DNA of 63,732 bases, the filler included, from Lenisia limosa (taxonomy: Eukaryota; Protista; Breviatea), in assembly GCA_001655205.1 (NCBI GenBank). It is 10 parts of 10 records of this genome, joined end to end, with 100 filler letters (N's around TTAATTAATTAA, not from the genome) between each part and the next. Parts side by side here need not be neighbours in the genome. Positions count along the whole stretch, not along the records: positions 30,166 to 39,002 come from LPNZ01004726.1; positions 39,103 to 56,344 come from LPNZ01009085.1; 8 more parts are not named here. One strand, written 5' to 3'. The translations under genes were made by a program, and so were the position numbers. Below, in pieces: positions 33,801-45,134 of the stretch (position 1 is the stretch's first letter; each line of letters starts with the position of its first letter). The notes beneath the pieces are model-generated. The model was not told where the DNA came from, did no database searches, and saw nothing but the letters and a program-made list of their open reading frames with translations.

Positions 33801-36461
33801 TTACTCTCCTAGCGTCGTAACAACGGTGACGGTTCCGCCCCGGAACTTGCCCCTCCCGCTGAGGTCCTCGTTGAGGACACCATCATTGGCTTCATCATTG
33901 GTGCGTGGATCTTATTTTATGATTTGTTTTTAAGAGAAATAATATTGGAAATCTAGGGAACAAAATTCGATACCATAAACAAATTACCATAACGCACCTT
34001 CATTTGTTTTCCTCCTCCCCTTGATTTTTATGTCGGCCAACAGAGTTGATTTTGGACTCTTTTTTATTAATTTTTTTTATTGTTATTATTTTTATTATTA
34101 TTATTCATAAATGTCCTATTTTTATTTACTCCCCCTCAGGCCGCGGAGGTGAGACTATTCGCGCCATTTCTCAGGAGGCTGGATGTAAGGTTCAAGTCAA
34201 GGTTGGGGGGGGGGGTCAAGTTATATTGTATGGGGAGTGGTTATTTTCTTGACTGACCTGGGCTCTGTTTTCTTGTTATCAACCCTCGTTATCACCCAAC
34301 AGAGTTGGTTTTGGTTTTTTTTTTGCATATATTTTCCAATTTTTCCGCCGTGGAAATTTCCTTCGTTTTACTCTCCCCCCCCCCCAGGTTNNNNNNNNNN
34401 NNNNNNNNNNNNNNNNNNNNNNNNNNNNNNNNNNNNNNNNNNNNNNNNNNNNNNNNNNNNNNNNNNNNNNNNNNNNNNNNNNNNNNNNNNNNNNNNNNNN
34501 NNNNNNNNNNNNNNNNNNNNNNNNNNNNNNNNNNNNNNNNNNNNTGTAAATTCCGTTAATCATACAATATCACATGATTCTGCATTTATCAATTTTCCAA
34601 TTTTACTCCCCAGACTGCCGGAGAGGCCCGCAACCGCGTCGGCTCCAGCGGTGGCCAGCCCCAATACCACAACGCCCCCGGCTCCGTGCGTAAGATCTAC
34701 CTTATCCCGGCTTCTATGGTCGGTATTCTCATTGGTACGGGGGGCTTGTAGAAGACATATTAATGGGAATTCTCGAGATATTGGCTTCTTCCAGGTTTCT
34801 CACGTGTTGCTCAAGAGTTGAAATATGAGCTTTTTCTTTCTTTCCCCCTTAAAATTTTTTCAATTTACTCCCAGGAAAGGGTGGCGAGACCATTCGTGAA
34901 CTCCAGCAGACCTGCCAGTGCCGCATCCAGATCGATCAGACCGGTATGCCAAGTTATTAATTCCGTTCTTTTTGCTTATCGAATATTGGGGGGAGTAAAT
35001 AGAGAAATTATACTCTNNNNNNNNNNNNNNNNNNNNNNNNNNNNNNNNNNNNNNNNNNNNNNNNNNNNNNNNNNNNNNNNNNNNNNNNNNNNNNNNNNNN
35101 NNNNNNNNNNNNNNNNNNNNNNNNNNNNNNNNNNNNNNNNNNNNNNNNNNNNNNTCTCTCGCTCTCTCTTTTTTTTGTTTTTTTGTTTCATAAATATTCC
35201 GATTTCACTTTCCCCAACACCTCACCATGGCAGGATCCTCTCCCCAGGACACCAACCGTCGCATGACCCTGAGTGGTGCGCCCCATTGCGTCGACGCCGC
35301 CGTGCAGCAGGTCACCCAAAGAATCCAGGCCACTGGCGAAGGTTTGGGGTTTATAACTTTTGTTTTTATAATAGACAGGAGAATATCGATATAGAGCGGG
35401 GATGATTGTGATTTGTCTCTGCATTTTTTTTTTTGGTAAATTTCCCCGGTTCACTCCGTTCCCTCCAGGTGGATNNNNNNNNNNNNNNNNNNNNNNNNNN
35501 NNNNNNNNNNNNNNNNNNNNNNNNNNNNNNNNNNNNNNNNNNNNNNNNNNNNNNNNNNNNNNNNNNNNNNNNNNNNNNNNNNNNCCAACAGCCCGCTTAC
35601 GTAAGCATTTGGATTGTTTTGGGTGTGAATGGTATATTATTCCAAAGGCTTCACTTCAGTTCGGGAAAATATCGATTGTTTTCGAGGATTTATCGAGACA
35701 TTCAGTCTTTTTTCGAACCGAAGTGTATCCCTAAATATACCTGATTTTACATACGATACTATATTCTTACCGGCTTCTCAATTGTTAAGTCAGCAGAGTT
35801 GACACAGGTTTTTTTTTTTTTGCGTAATAATCTCAGGTGAACTGTTTTGATACGTTCTCTCATAATTTTGTTTTGTCTTCCCTGATTCAAAAACAGCATT
35901 TACACTAACCAGAGAGAGAGTTGATTCTAGGCAGTAATATTGTGGCCAGACATCCTTATTTTTTATTTCTCATTGCTATATTTTGTTTGTTTCATTTACC
36001 CCGTACAGGCAGGATACAACATGTACCAGCAGCAACCCCAGCAGGCTCAGGCCGCCGCCGCCGCCGCCCCCCAGGCTGACTACAGTGCCCAGTGGCAGCA
36101 GTATTTCGCCCAACAGGTGGGCTCTCTTTTTCCCAGCGTACATTATTAATGTTTCACTTGGTTCCAAACAAGACTCAATTTCTCGATAAATCCTCGAAAA
36201 CTATCGATACTTTGCCGGTCTTTTTTGAACCGAAGTGAAGCCCTGCCCTACATTATCCATCTGGACTGGACATTCGTTGAACAATCACCAAACAACGCGA
36301 TATTCAAAACATCAGTCTTTTTTCGAACCGAAGTGAAACCCTAGAAATTTACAAAGCACTAATACTTTTAGGCTGCAATGGGACAAACCCCCTCTGTGAA
36401 CGGCGTGGACTACTCCGCCTACTACCAGCAAATGCAACAACAGCAACAGCAGCAGAAGTAG
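30871..36461 (+). CDS. FUBP/KSRP-like multi-KH-domain RNA/ssDNA-binding protein with an acidic N-terminus and a Q/Y-rich tail
   Basis: KH motifs: MLVENQYVGVIIG; VLVEDTIIGFIIGRGGETIRAISQEAGCKVQ; YLIPASMVGILIGKGGETIRELQQTCQCRIQIDQ; TRE/RRMT-IT/L-SG. The tail QADYSAQWQQYFAQQ...DYSAYYQQMQQQQQQQK* matches the FUBP DYSxxWxEYY repeat. Some exons are lost in N gaps. Confidence 0.88.
32612..32689. mobile_element. MITE family 2-related element
   Basis: TA|cactgacggcgataagtcctgacacg...cgtgtcaggactcatcgcaatcagt. It shares the gataagtc(t/c)tgac TIR core with family 2. Confidence 0.7.
33718..33785 (+). repeat. (TTTTTC)n microsatellite upstream of a KH-gene acceptor
   Basis: About 11 tandem units are directly visible. 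Confidence 0.9.
34250..34387 (+). mobile_element. Intronic 3' module B copy in the KH gene
   Basis: tgactgacctgggctctgttttcttgttatcaaccctcgttatcacccaacagagttggttttgg...ttttccaattttccgccgtggaaatttccttcgttttactctcccccccccag ends at the acceptor AG. Confidence 0.85.
35646..35731. mobile_element. MITE family 1 copy in a KH intron. Others at 17027-17122, 36151-36243, 36310-36343 (half), 38110-38191, 44040-44104, 46512-46545 (half), 61062-61126 and 4682-4760 (decayed)
   Basis: aggcttcacttcagttcgggaaaatatcgattgttttcgaggatttatcgagacattcagtcttttttcgaaccgaagtgtatccc|TA. Confidence 0.85.
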
Positions 36462-37167
36462 AGCTGTTTCTTGTTCTGTCTTGTTCTTTCGATTCTATGG
36501 TCTAATGTATTACTATTTTTCTTCCCCCTTCTCGTTGACAAATGTTTCATTTTATGCCAATCCACTTTGTACCTCTCTCTGTGTTTACCTTTCTTGCGTT
36601 TTTATGAGTATAGTTTATCTGCCAAGGGGGTTATCTTTATTCACATGCTAGGGTTGTGCACCTTATTGCTGAAAAGCTAACAAAAATGCGAAATATCAAT
36701 TTCTCAGTTTTTCAGCTAAATCAATTTCAGCCATTACGCAGTGAAGTAAATTCTGTTTGTCAGGTTCAATCCTAAGTCTAGTAGCATCATATCGTACAGC
36801 AGGCTAGACTAAGGGGAAGGCTGCAGCTCTTGGAGCAATGAGCAACTTCCGACGAGAGAGGTCTCCTGTCCCTTCTGTAGGCCTTAATTAAGCGTTAAAG
36901 CGTGTTTATGCATGTTGAAAAGAGGGTTTGTCTTCAATACACTTCGCTGCTCCTCATGGTCTCTCTGTTCCTAATGCTGATTCTGATGCTTATCTAAATC
37001 TGTTTCACAATCTTCTTGCTCTTCACTGTTATTTTTCTTTTGTCATTTGCTATGCTCTGACTCTGCTAACCACACTTTCCGGCCCCATCCATCATTTGTT
37101 TTGTTTTGTTTTTGTTTCGTCTAAAACTTCCCCCACGCCCCCTCGTTTCACCTCATAAACACACACA

Positions 37168-37317
37168 GTGATGGGATGCGGTGCTACAGAAACGACTGGC
37201 CTGGGCTTTGTTTGTTCTGTTGTTCTCAACCCTCGTGCGTTTCTAGCCAAAAGAGTTGATTTTATTCTTTGTTGAATTTTCCCATTGAACTTTCTATTGT
37301 TTCACCCCCCCCCCCCA
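37168..37317 (+). mobile_element. Intronic 3' module B, long copy; the host exon is lost in the following gap
   Basis: agtgatgggatgcggtgctacagaaacgactggcctgggctttgtttgttctgttgttctcaaccctcgtgcgtttctagccaaaagagttgatttt...tttcacccccccccca. Confidence 0.85.
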
Positions 37318-38607
37318 NNNNNNNNNNNNNNNNNNNNNNNNNNNNNNNNNNNNNNNNNNNNNNNNNNNNNNNNNNNNNNNNNNNNNNNNNNNNNNNNNNN
37401 NNNNNNNNNCCGGAGCAAAGAAAAAGGTGGGCGGTGTGAACAGGGATTTGATATTGATGCGCTCGTGTGATGATGAAACAAACTTTGTTTAAGATAGCAA
37501 CCTCTATCATATGCGGCCGTTCAAATTCTGGCTTTTTCACTAATTCTGGTTTTTTTTCTCGTTAATGTTTTGAATTAGAGTATTTTATGTTATTATTATC
37601 AAGTATATTTCTTAAGAATCCCTATTAATCAATAAATAGGCGTCAAAAGGTCTTCACAGTTTAAAATTTGGGCTTCTTAGTGAGCTCAATGCATCGCATA
37701 TATTTTACTTTGACTAGAATTTAAAAACGACTTCTGAAATGAAGTAGAACAAATCACCCCGAAAATGAAGGGTAACCAAAGTCAAGAACATTTTACTTCT
37801 AATTTGGTGAAATAAATACAATATAGTATATACCTATTTTAGTTTTGTTTTTCTCAAAAAGGGTGAATGTTGTAAAAAAAGAGATAAAAAGCAGATTTGA
37901 GAAAACCAGAATTAGCGAAAAAAATCAGAATTTTAAACGGAAGCATATGATTAAACGACAAGACTCCGACACACTTGGGTTAATCCTTCTATCTTTTTTC
38001 AACTTTTCGACATCATTGAGACGTAGGTATAAGTCCTTTGCTACACAGACTCATGTAAAAATGACGGAAATAGTGATATGATATTCGTTGTGAACACGTC
38101 ATAAACCATCTTCAAAAAAGAGCGAAGTTCTCGATAAATCCTCGAAAATTATCGATATTTTACTGGATTTTTTCGAACCGAAGTGAAGCCCTAGTATAAA
38201 TGAAAATTATTTTTCTCTTCTAAACCNNNNNNNNNNNNNNNNNNNNNNNNNNNNNNNNNNNNNNNNNNNNNNNNNNNNNNNNNNNNNNNNNNNNNNNNNN
38301 NNNNNNNNNNNNNNNNNNNNNNNNNNNNNNNNNNNNNNNNNNNNNNNNNNNNNNNNNNNNNNNNNNNNNNNNNNNNNNNNNNNNNNNNNNNNNNNNNNNN
38401 NNNNNNNNNNNNNNNNNNNNNNNNNNNNNNNNNNNNNNNNNNNNNNNNNNNNNNNNNNNNNNNNNNNNNNNNNNNNNNNNNNNNNNNNNNNNNNNNNNNN
38501 NNNNNNNNNNNNNNNNATAGCAAATATCTAATCCCTGTGGATTTACACTGTTTAGGTTTCTCTGTGTGTATTTTGTATCCTTTAACTGTATTTAAAAATA
38601 TATAGGA

Positions 38608-38685
38608 CAGTAATCGCGATAAGTCTTGACCGATTTTCCTTGGAAAATCACATGGTAAATCTGTCAAGACTTATCCCGATCACTG
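38608..38685. mobile_element. MITE family 2, near-complete copy (78 bp)
   Basis: cagtaatcgcgataagtcttgaccgattttcc...aaatctgtcaagacttatcccgatcactg|TA. The CAGTG-type terminus and TA flank are typical of Tc1/mariner derivatives. Confidence 0.85.
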
Positions 38686-38720
38686 TATGTCACTTTTACT
38701 TGTATTATAAGTCATACATA

Positions 38721-38814
38721 GGGCTTCAGTTCGATTCGAAAAAAACTAAATTTCCGATAAATCCCCGAAAACAATCGATATTTTACTGGATTTTTTTCGG
38801 ACTGAGTGAAGCCC
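38721..38814. mobile_element. MITE family 1 copy with TA on both flanks
   Basis: TA|gggcttcagttcgattcgaaaaaaac...ttttttcggactgagtgaagccc|TA. Confidence 0.88.
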
Positions 38815-38837
38815 TAAGCATACATCACAGTTTTCAG

Positions 38838-38957
38838 GTCTCAATCGAGGAAATTGTTGGACTTGAAGATCTGTACAAACCCGAGCATACGGTGGTATCG
38901 TTCTATGACGATAAGGACCGGACGTACATCTTCAACAACAAGGCGGACCAAGAGAGG
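38838..38957 (+). CDS. Exon of an unidentified plus-strand gene (fragments probably span ~36800-39000)
   Basis: ttttcag|VSIEEIVGLEDLYKPEHTVVSFYDDKDRTYIFNNKADQER|gtgcgg, followed by a G-run. Confidence 0.55.
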
Positions 38958-39102
38958 TGCGGAGGGGTGTAATTAGTCTCTATTATGGAGAGGGGGGGGG
39001 GGNNNNNNNNNNNNNNNNNNNNNNNNNNNNNNNNNNNNNNNNNNNNTTAATTAATTAANNNNNNNNNNNNNNNNNNNNNNNNNNNNNNNNNNNNNNNNNN
39101 NN

Positions 39103-40284
39103 ATCCAAAATCACGGGGATTTGCTGTGAGTTTTGTCAAAGACACAAATGTCTATTTCTTTAATGTGACTGAAGATCTTCCTCAAACTGGTTGGTAGGGT
39201 ATCCTTTGAAGTCACATTGAGAAATCACCTCTGTCTTGTGTCTTGGTGTTAATTTTGAAAATACTGTGATCCAATTGGTTGTTCTTTATGTCCATCAGTT
39301 GTCAAGGTTGCCTCCACTATCAGTACAGCGTCGTTTATTCCACGCCTTGGCTGCTCCCCGTGAGTTTGTGTTATCAATTTACAGTTAACGCCCTTCCATA
39401 CTCTCATAGTTTATCCCTGACGTGTCTTTTTTTTTTTTTTTNNNNNNNNNNNNNNNNNNNNNNNNNNNNNNNNNNNNNNNNNNNNNNNNNNNNNNNNNNN
39501 NNNNNNNNNNNNNNNNNNNNNNNNNNNNNNNNNNNNNNNNNNNNNNNNNNNNNNNNNNNNNNNNNNNNNNNNNNNNNNATATTCCTATTATTTTTCACCA
39601 CTCTGCCACAGAGTTTGCGGATACCCCCATCAACTTGCCTGGGACCCTACTGGCACTCGTTTTGCTGTGTCTTTTTCAAGTGGGAGGGGGGGGGGGAGGT
39701 CAACTTAGTTGTTTCCCAATTGGCAGGTTTAACTTAGTAGTGAGTTGGGTGTAATGCTGCTAGGATTCACATGGAGTGTTTTTTATGACTACTAATATGT
39801 ATTATGGCTTTTTTTTACCTGGCTTCGATGTTATGGGTTTCACTTCTCAGGCTGCACGACAATTGGTTTGGTCCGAACCGAGGCCAGTTCATGGACGGTT
39901 GACACGGAAGCCATGTAAGCTGACAGTTTCTTTATTATGCTCTTTGTTTCATAAAAGCGTTACTGTGTAACAGTTTTCAGCTTCAAGTTGTAGATTTAGC
40001 TTATTTCCCCTTGTGCTGTTGCGTTCATTAACCCCTCAGTGGACTCATCAGGGGACCTTTAGGAACCACCCAACCCACAAAATTGCTTTTCGTTCCCAAC
40101 TACAAACGTGGCGCTCTTTTGTCAACAGTGGNNNNNNNNNNNNNNNNNNNNNNNNNNNNNNNNNNNNNNNNNNNNNNNNNNNNNNNNNNNNNNNNNNNNN
40201 NNNNNNNNNNNNNNAGATTTTCTTGTTCATTGTTTTAGGCGTGGAGGTCTGGTCGTGTGAGCTTCGTTCCAATGTACTTCTGAG
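39103..40284 (+). CDS. 3' part of an unidentified gene
   Basis: Phase-compatible exons: SRGFAVSFVKDTNVYFFNV; EFADTPINLPGTLLAL; GCTTIGLVRTEASSWTVDTEA; GLIRGPLGTTQPTKLLFVPNYKRGALLST; AWRSGRVSFVPMYF*. Confidence 0.45.
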
Positions 40285-40588
40285 TCCGCACCCACTCAAG
40301 ACCTATAAGAGGCAAGGTTTTCGTTTCAAGGATGATGGATCAGCTGGCTGTGTAGCCAAAAACCAAAATGGACCAATTCTGTTTTGCAATGGGTCAGTAC
40401 ATTTTTCTGCTCTTCTAGTCAATATCATATGACATCACGTATATCTTTAACCTACTTTATCTGAGTTTGATAGAATCAGAAACCTGTATTGAAATCAGAC
40501 GAAAAACAACGAATGGGCCACTCGCCACGGCTATTTCTCACAAAAAAACAAAACTAAACACAGGAAGCACAACCTTCCTTCAAATAAT

Positions 40589-43500
40589 CTAAGAAACGGG
40601 AGTGATCTGCGCCCCTAACAACGAACTGGTCAAAACAATACAAGCTGAATGGGGTCAGTTATTGTTTTCGAAAGGGATAGAATGATTCACTCAAACACCA
40701 AATGCTTCGACTATTTTGGACAAGGATAACTATCAAAGACTAGATAATCTGACTGACCCCCCACCAATGAAAGTAAAGACAAGGGAGGAATCCAGAGGCC
40801 AAGAATCAACTTCCAGACTCCATGAAAAGAGGTAGCCGCAGAGCAAAGGACCCACGCCACGCCTGAACTGTCAGCCAGTAAATCAATATATGATATGCAT
40901 ATCATATATACAGTAAGGGTTTTTTGCTCGTGGATATAATACGAATGATCCCCATCTAACATTAAAGATGCCGCCATTTGCCCAATTCCATTTACGGAAC
41001 CGATTGCACCGGGTGGGGCTGCGTCAGCGATCAGAATAAAAGATGACGTGAACCTGGGGTTAGTTGTAAAAAACAGGCAGTTTTTGTGATTATATATTTG
41101 TTCAAGAGTGTATATCATAATATGTATGCACGAAAATTCGGTTCAAAAAAACTAATTAACCTCAAAAGCAATGGATGTTTTCCAATCCAAACTGTCAAAA
41201 TCAACTTGCTTACGCCAAGATAGAAGAGAGCTGTTTGATAACAATAAGGGTCAGTAAAGTGGCCCACAGTAGCACGGGCTGATCATGGAACCAGCGCGAC
41301 TAAAGAGTAAAAGTCTGCAGTTGGGTGTTTGAAGAAAAAAAAAGTGAAGAGTATGAATACGCGTTACCTCATTATGTAGGAAATTGAGTTAGTATTCCCC
41401 CTTACAATGGAGCTCTCCAAAGGAATATTTATTTTTATTAAATAATTCAAAGTTACCTCAAGGCAATAACATTTCTGGGCTTCGGAAGCCTCAAACATAG
41501 TCATAACGGACACACTCCCCTCACATAGGCCCATATTGCACAAATGGTGCCAAAAATGGCCGTTCCAATGACAAATCCCTGGAAAGTGAAGCTGAGAACG
41601 ATTTGCTGTTTTTTGAGAAATAATAAGTAATATTGCAAGGTGCATCTGACTGATGGCTCGCTCCTGTACAATAAGATACTTACTAATATGAAAAAGTATG
41701 AATATGATATAGATTATACACTATACCAAAAGGTAACTTTAAATCCAGCCAACCTTTCTTTCTCCCCATAAGCGCTGGAAATATGGATACGCATAGATCT
41801 ACCTAGTTAGAACTGTACAACTCGGAACAATATTACACCATTAAGTTTAGTGATTCAGAAGTGATGGATTGACTACTGCTTAAACCCGCATCCAACCTGA
41901 AAACACAGGGCAAAGGCCCCTGAAACTGCAAAAAGGACTCCGACTGATGAAGACTGCCAGCTTAGTCCACTTGAATATGAGGCAAACGCTGCCAAGAGCT
42001 ATTATCGCATTATCACCTCGCAAACCCTTTCTCAACCGGCGTTGCCGCCCAAACTGCCACAATGTCATTGAAAGCAAACCCACCCATTGCAATAAGAGCA
42101 TATGCGCAGACCGCAAGGATTACAGACTTGAGGGTGAGTGTGAAACAACACAAGGTATCATGTAATATCATAATATATGATATGTAGTATATCATACATA
42201 TACTTTATCATATTATCGATATACTATCATACATAGTACGTACGATTATAAGATTATATATCATATTATATATATATATACTATATATTTTATATACATA
42301 TCGATTATAATATAATTATTATACAACGGCAATAAGAAAATAAAAGGTTGATTACCACCCCAGCACCGATAATTTGATGAGAGAACCAAAGGTGTACTCT
42401 GGTGTCTCGGTTTTGTCGCTCTACAAAGTTGAAAAAGTTGAATCAGTGAATTCACTCTGATAAACTATGTTTATAATATATCATACAGATTTTTTAAATG
42501 CTATATTAACCTTCAAATAGCCCACCCAATGAATAGCAAATTACAGCCAAGGTGCTACTAATTTCAAATCACGACAAGGTTCTCACAGTTGGGCTTTTTT
42601 CAGAATTAACTTGTACTGTTTCAGTTGCTCCCTGTTCTTCAAGGGCTTGGCTCGGGTTAACGGAGAGACTAGGAACAACCGGAAGAAGGGAATTGACACG
42701 TTCAAGCTGAAGCTGGGGGGGGGGGGNNNNNNNNNNNNNNNNNNNNNNNNNNNNNNNNNNNNNNNNNNNNNNNNNNNNNNNNNNNNNNNNNNNNNNNNNN
42801 AAAGCTTCAAATGAACAAGAATCCCTGATACCAGCTTTGCATCCTTCTGCTTCTTTCGGTTCTCAATCCAGACCTTTGCAGGTAAAAAACACATTTGGTG
42901 GAATATGAACAAAGTCATCAAAGTAATGAAATCAAATTGTCGGCCTACTAGGGGTTCTTTCAGGAAAATGCCATCAAAAACGAGTGCAACAGCACATATC
43001 AAAGTGCCAATCAAACAAGGGAGCAAATATGGATACTCGCAAAAGAATGGTGTGTCACTGGGGAAGACACTAGGATGTTGTGTGCACGGTTGTGACATGA
43101 TTCCTCCAATCAGTGTTCCTACTGTAAGTGTGAGAAGTAACCACCGACAGAGCGAATAATAAAGGATTTTGGAGTATTATACGATTCTATCCAGCCCACT
43201 ACACAAACGGCCAAATATAATAGGATTTTACGAAATATGGAACAGTTCTCTTCCAAAAGCTCCTTTAGTGCTACCCCCCCCCCCCAACAGATAAGTCCCA
43301 TTGACCAATTGAATCCAATTAAGGCGAATCCTTTTCCCTAAAGCATGAACATGGTCAATGTGAAACATTATTGGTTTTTCGGATTTATAATTTATAAAAA
43401 CCTCAGAATAAAATATATCACGACATAAGATAGTATACTATATACTACAGTATGTGATATGCCATCAACATAAAAAAAATCTACACGAAAGCAATTAGAT

Positions 43501-44730
43501 AATATATTTTGTAAAAACATACCTTATTTGTTGAATCACAAATTTCAGACAAGTAAGTCTTTGTACACGCTCTAAAAAATGAAATGAATTCATCTCTTGG
43601 GATACAATAGGGCGTCTTTGGATTATTGTGAGGACGTTGACATCCCGTTTGAATAGCCCTCCCCCTCACGACACTCCATTGAGACATCCTGCAAGGAACC
43701 TGAGGAAAATAGCCACGTAATAAGTCTGTGCAATGCCGAAGAAGAAGAGTAGTGAGCCATTCGCTACGAGACCGCACATAATCACAGTTCTGACATTGTC
43801 AAATGATAGTATTGGACACTAAAACAACAGACAGACACTGGCTCAACAACTGGGCAGCTATGAGGATTTAGCAATATTTGTCATTTGTCAAGCTTTATCA
43901 ATGTTCTTCTTTATGATAGTCTGCCTCCCACTTTCTTCCAATTCGGTCAGAGACTTGCCCCCAAAAGTATCTGGAAGATAAAAGGTCAAAAAGGACTAGT
44001 TTGATCGTTTCGGATGGTAGCATTATTCTGTTAGATGATACTTAAATTCGGTTTTGGTTCCTGCAGTCCGAAAAAGACTGTTAAAATATCAATATTTATC
44101 GAGGNNNNNNNNNNNNNNNNNNNNNNNNNNNNNNNNNNNNNNNNNNNNNNNNNNNNNNNNNNNNNNNNNNNNNNNNNNNNNNNNNNNNNNNNNNNNNNNN
44201 NNNNNNNNNNNNNNNNNNNNNNNNNNNNNNNNNNNNNNNNNNNNNNNNNNNNNNNNNNNNNNNNNNNNNNNNNNNNNNNNNNNNNNNNCCGGCAAGCTTA
44301 GCAATTTCATTTTCGTCATCATGAATGTTGAAGTCTCTTATCATGAAGTAGACAAAGGGAAGAAGAACCTTCAAAATGAGACTACACTGCACTGTAATAG
44401 AGCATCTCTGTTAATAAAAGATACCGTGAGAGTAAAGCCGTTAGCTAGTAGGCCAATTGAAAGCAGCACAACAGTACGACGTGGAAGAGGTGTGATTTCA
44501 GGCGACACTACTGAGTTAAACTGATGATGGACATAATTGTTTGGCTGAATGGTAATAAAAATAAAACTGGGCGTGGGGGATGAATTGAAAATAGTTCTGA
44601 ACCTCCCACAACATCATCTCATCATCATAACTGCAATATATTTACCACAACATACCAGTCCCACCATGTTGTGACTGTTCCTCTAGAGTTGATTCTCCAT
44701 TGCCATCATTGCCTCCTTGACCCTGAAAAA
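40589..44730 (-). CDS. Major facilitator superfamily transporter, ZIFL1/DHA1-like (5' end uncertain)
   Basis: ITPLPRRTVVLLSIGLLANG..VLLPFVYFMIRDFNIHDDENEIAKLAG; FFGIAQTYYVAIFLRFLAGCLNG; SQPCTQHPSVF...FCEYPYLLPCLIG; DAAPPGAIGSVNGIGQMAASL; GPLLCGYLFSWS. Confidence 0.85.
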
Positions 44731-45134
44731 ATGAGGAACGTGGTAGAAAAAAGCGAAGGGGTAAAGCCTGCTGGCTGTTCTAAACCTCATTCCAAATACA
44801 TATTATTAACCTAAAGAGAGGGTGTATACATTCAAACACAGTCGGTTGTCACTGAGATCCAAGGTAATTCCAACTTACCAATTCAATTTTGGTATTCTCT
44901 TGCATTATTACGTAACTTAGTATTAGTAATTCATTATGTCATTATAAAAGACCAAAATGACGCACTCCTCTCGAAGAAAGTTCCTCATATAAACACTACA
45001 TGAAGGACTCTGTTTTATTTGAGGAAAGAAACAAACAACATCAGTAACTAGTCGCATGCTATAATGTAGAATATAAAGGAGGTTTCTTGTAAAAATAGGA
45101 AATGGGTAAACCAGCTACTAAAAGGAGAGCAAGA

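Noticed and set aside
39199-39207. U12-type donor GTATCCTTT (also at ~22998, and ATATCCTTT at ~50320)
   Set aside because: At 39199 the reading frame favours an upstream GT donor. The others are not at supported exon ends, and no U12 branch site was found.
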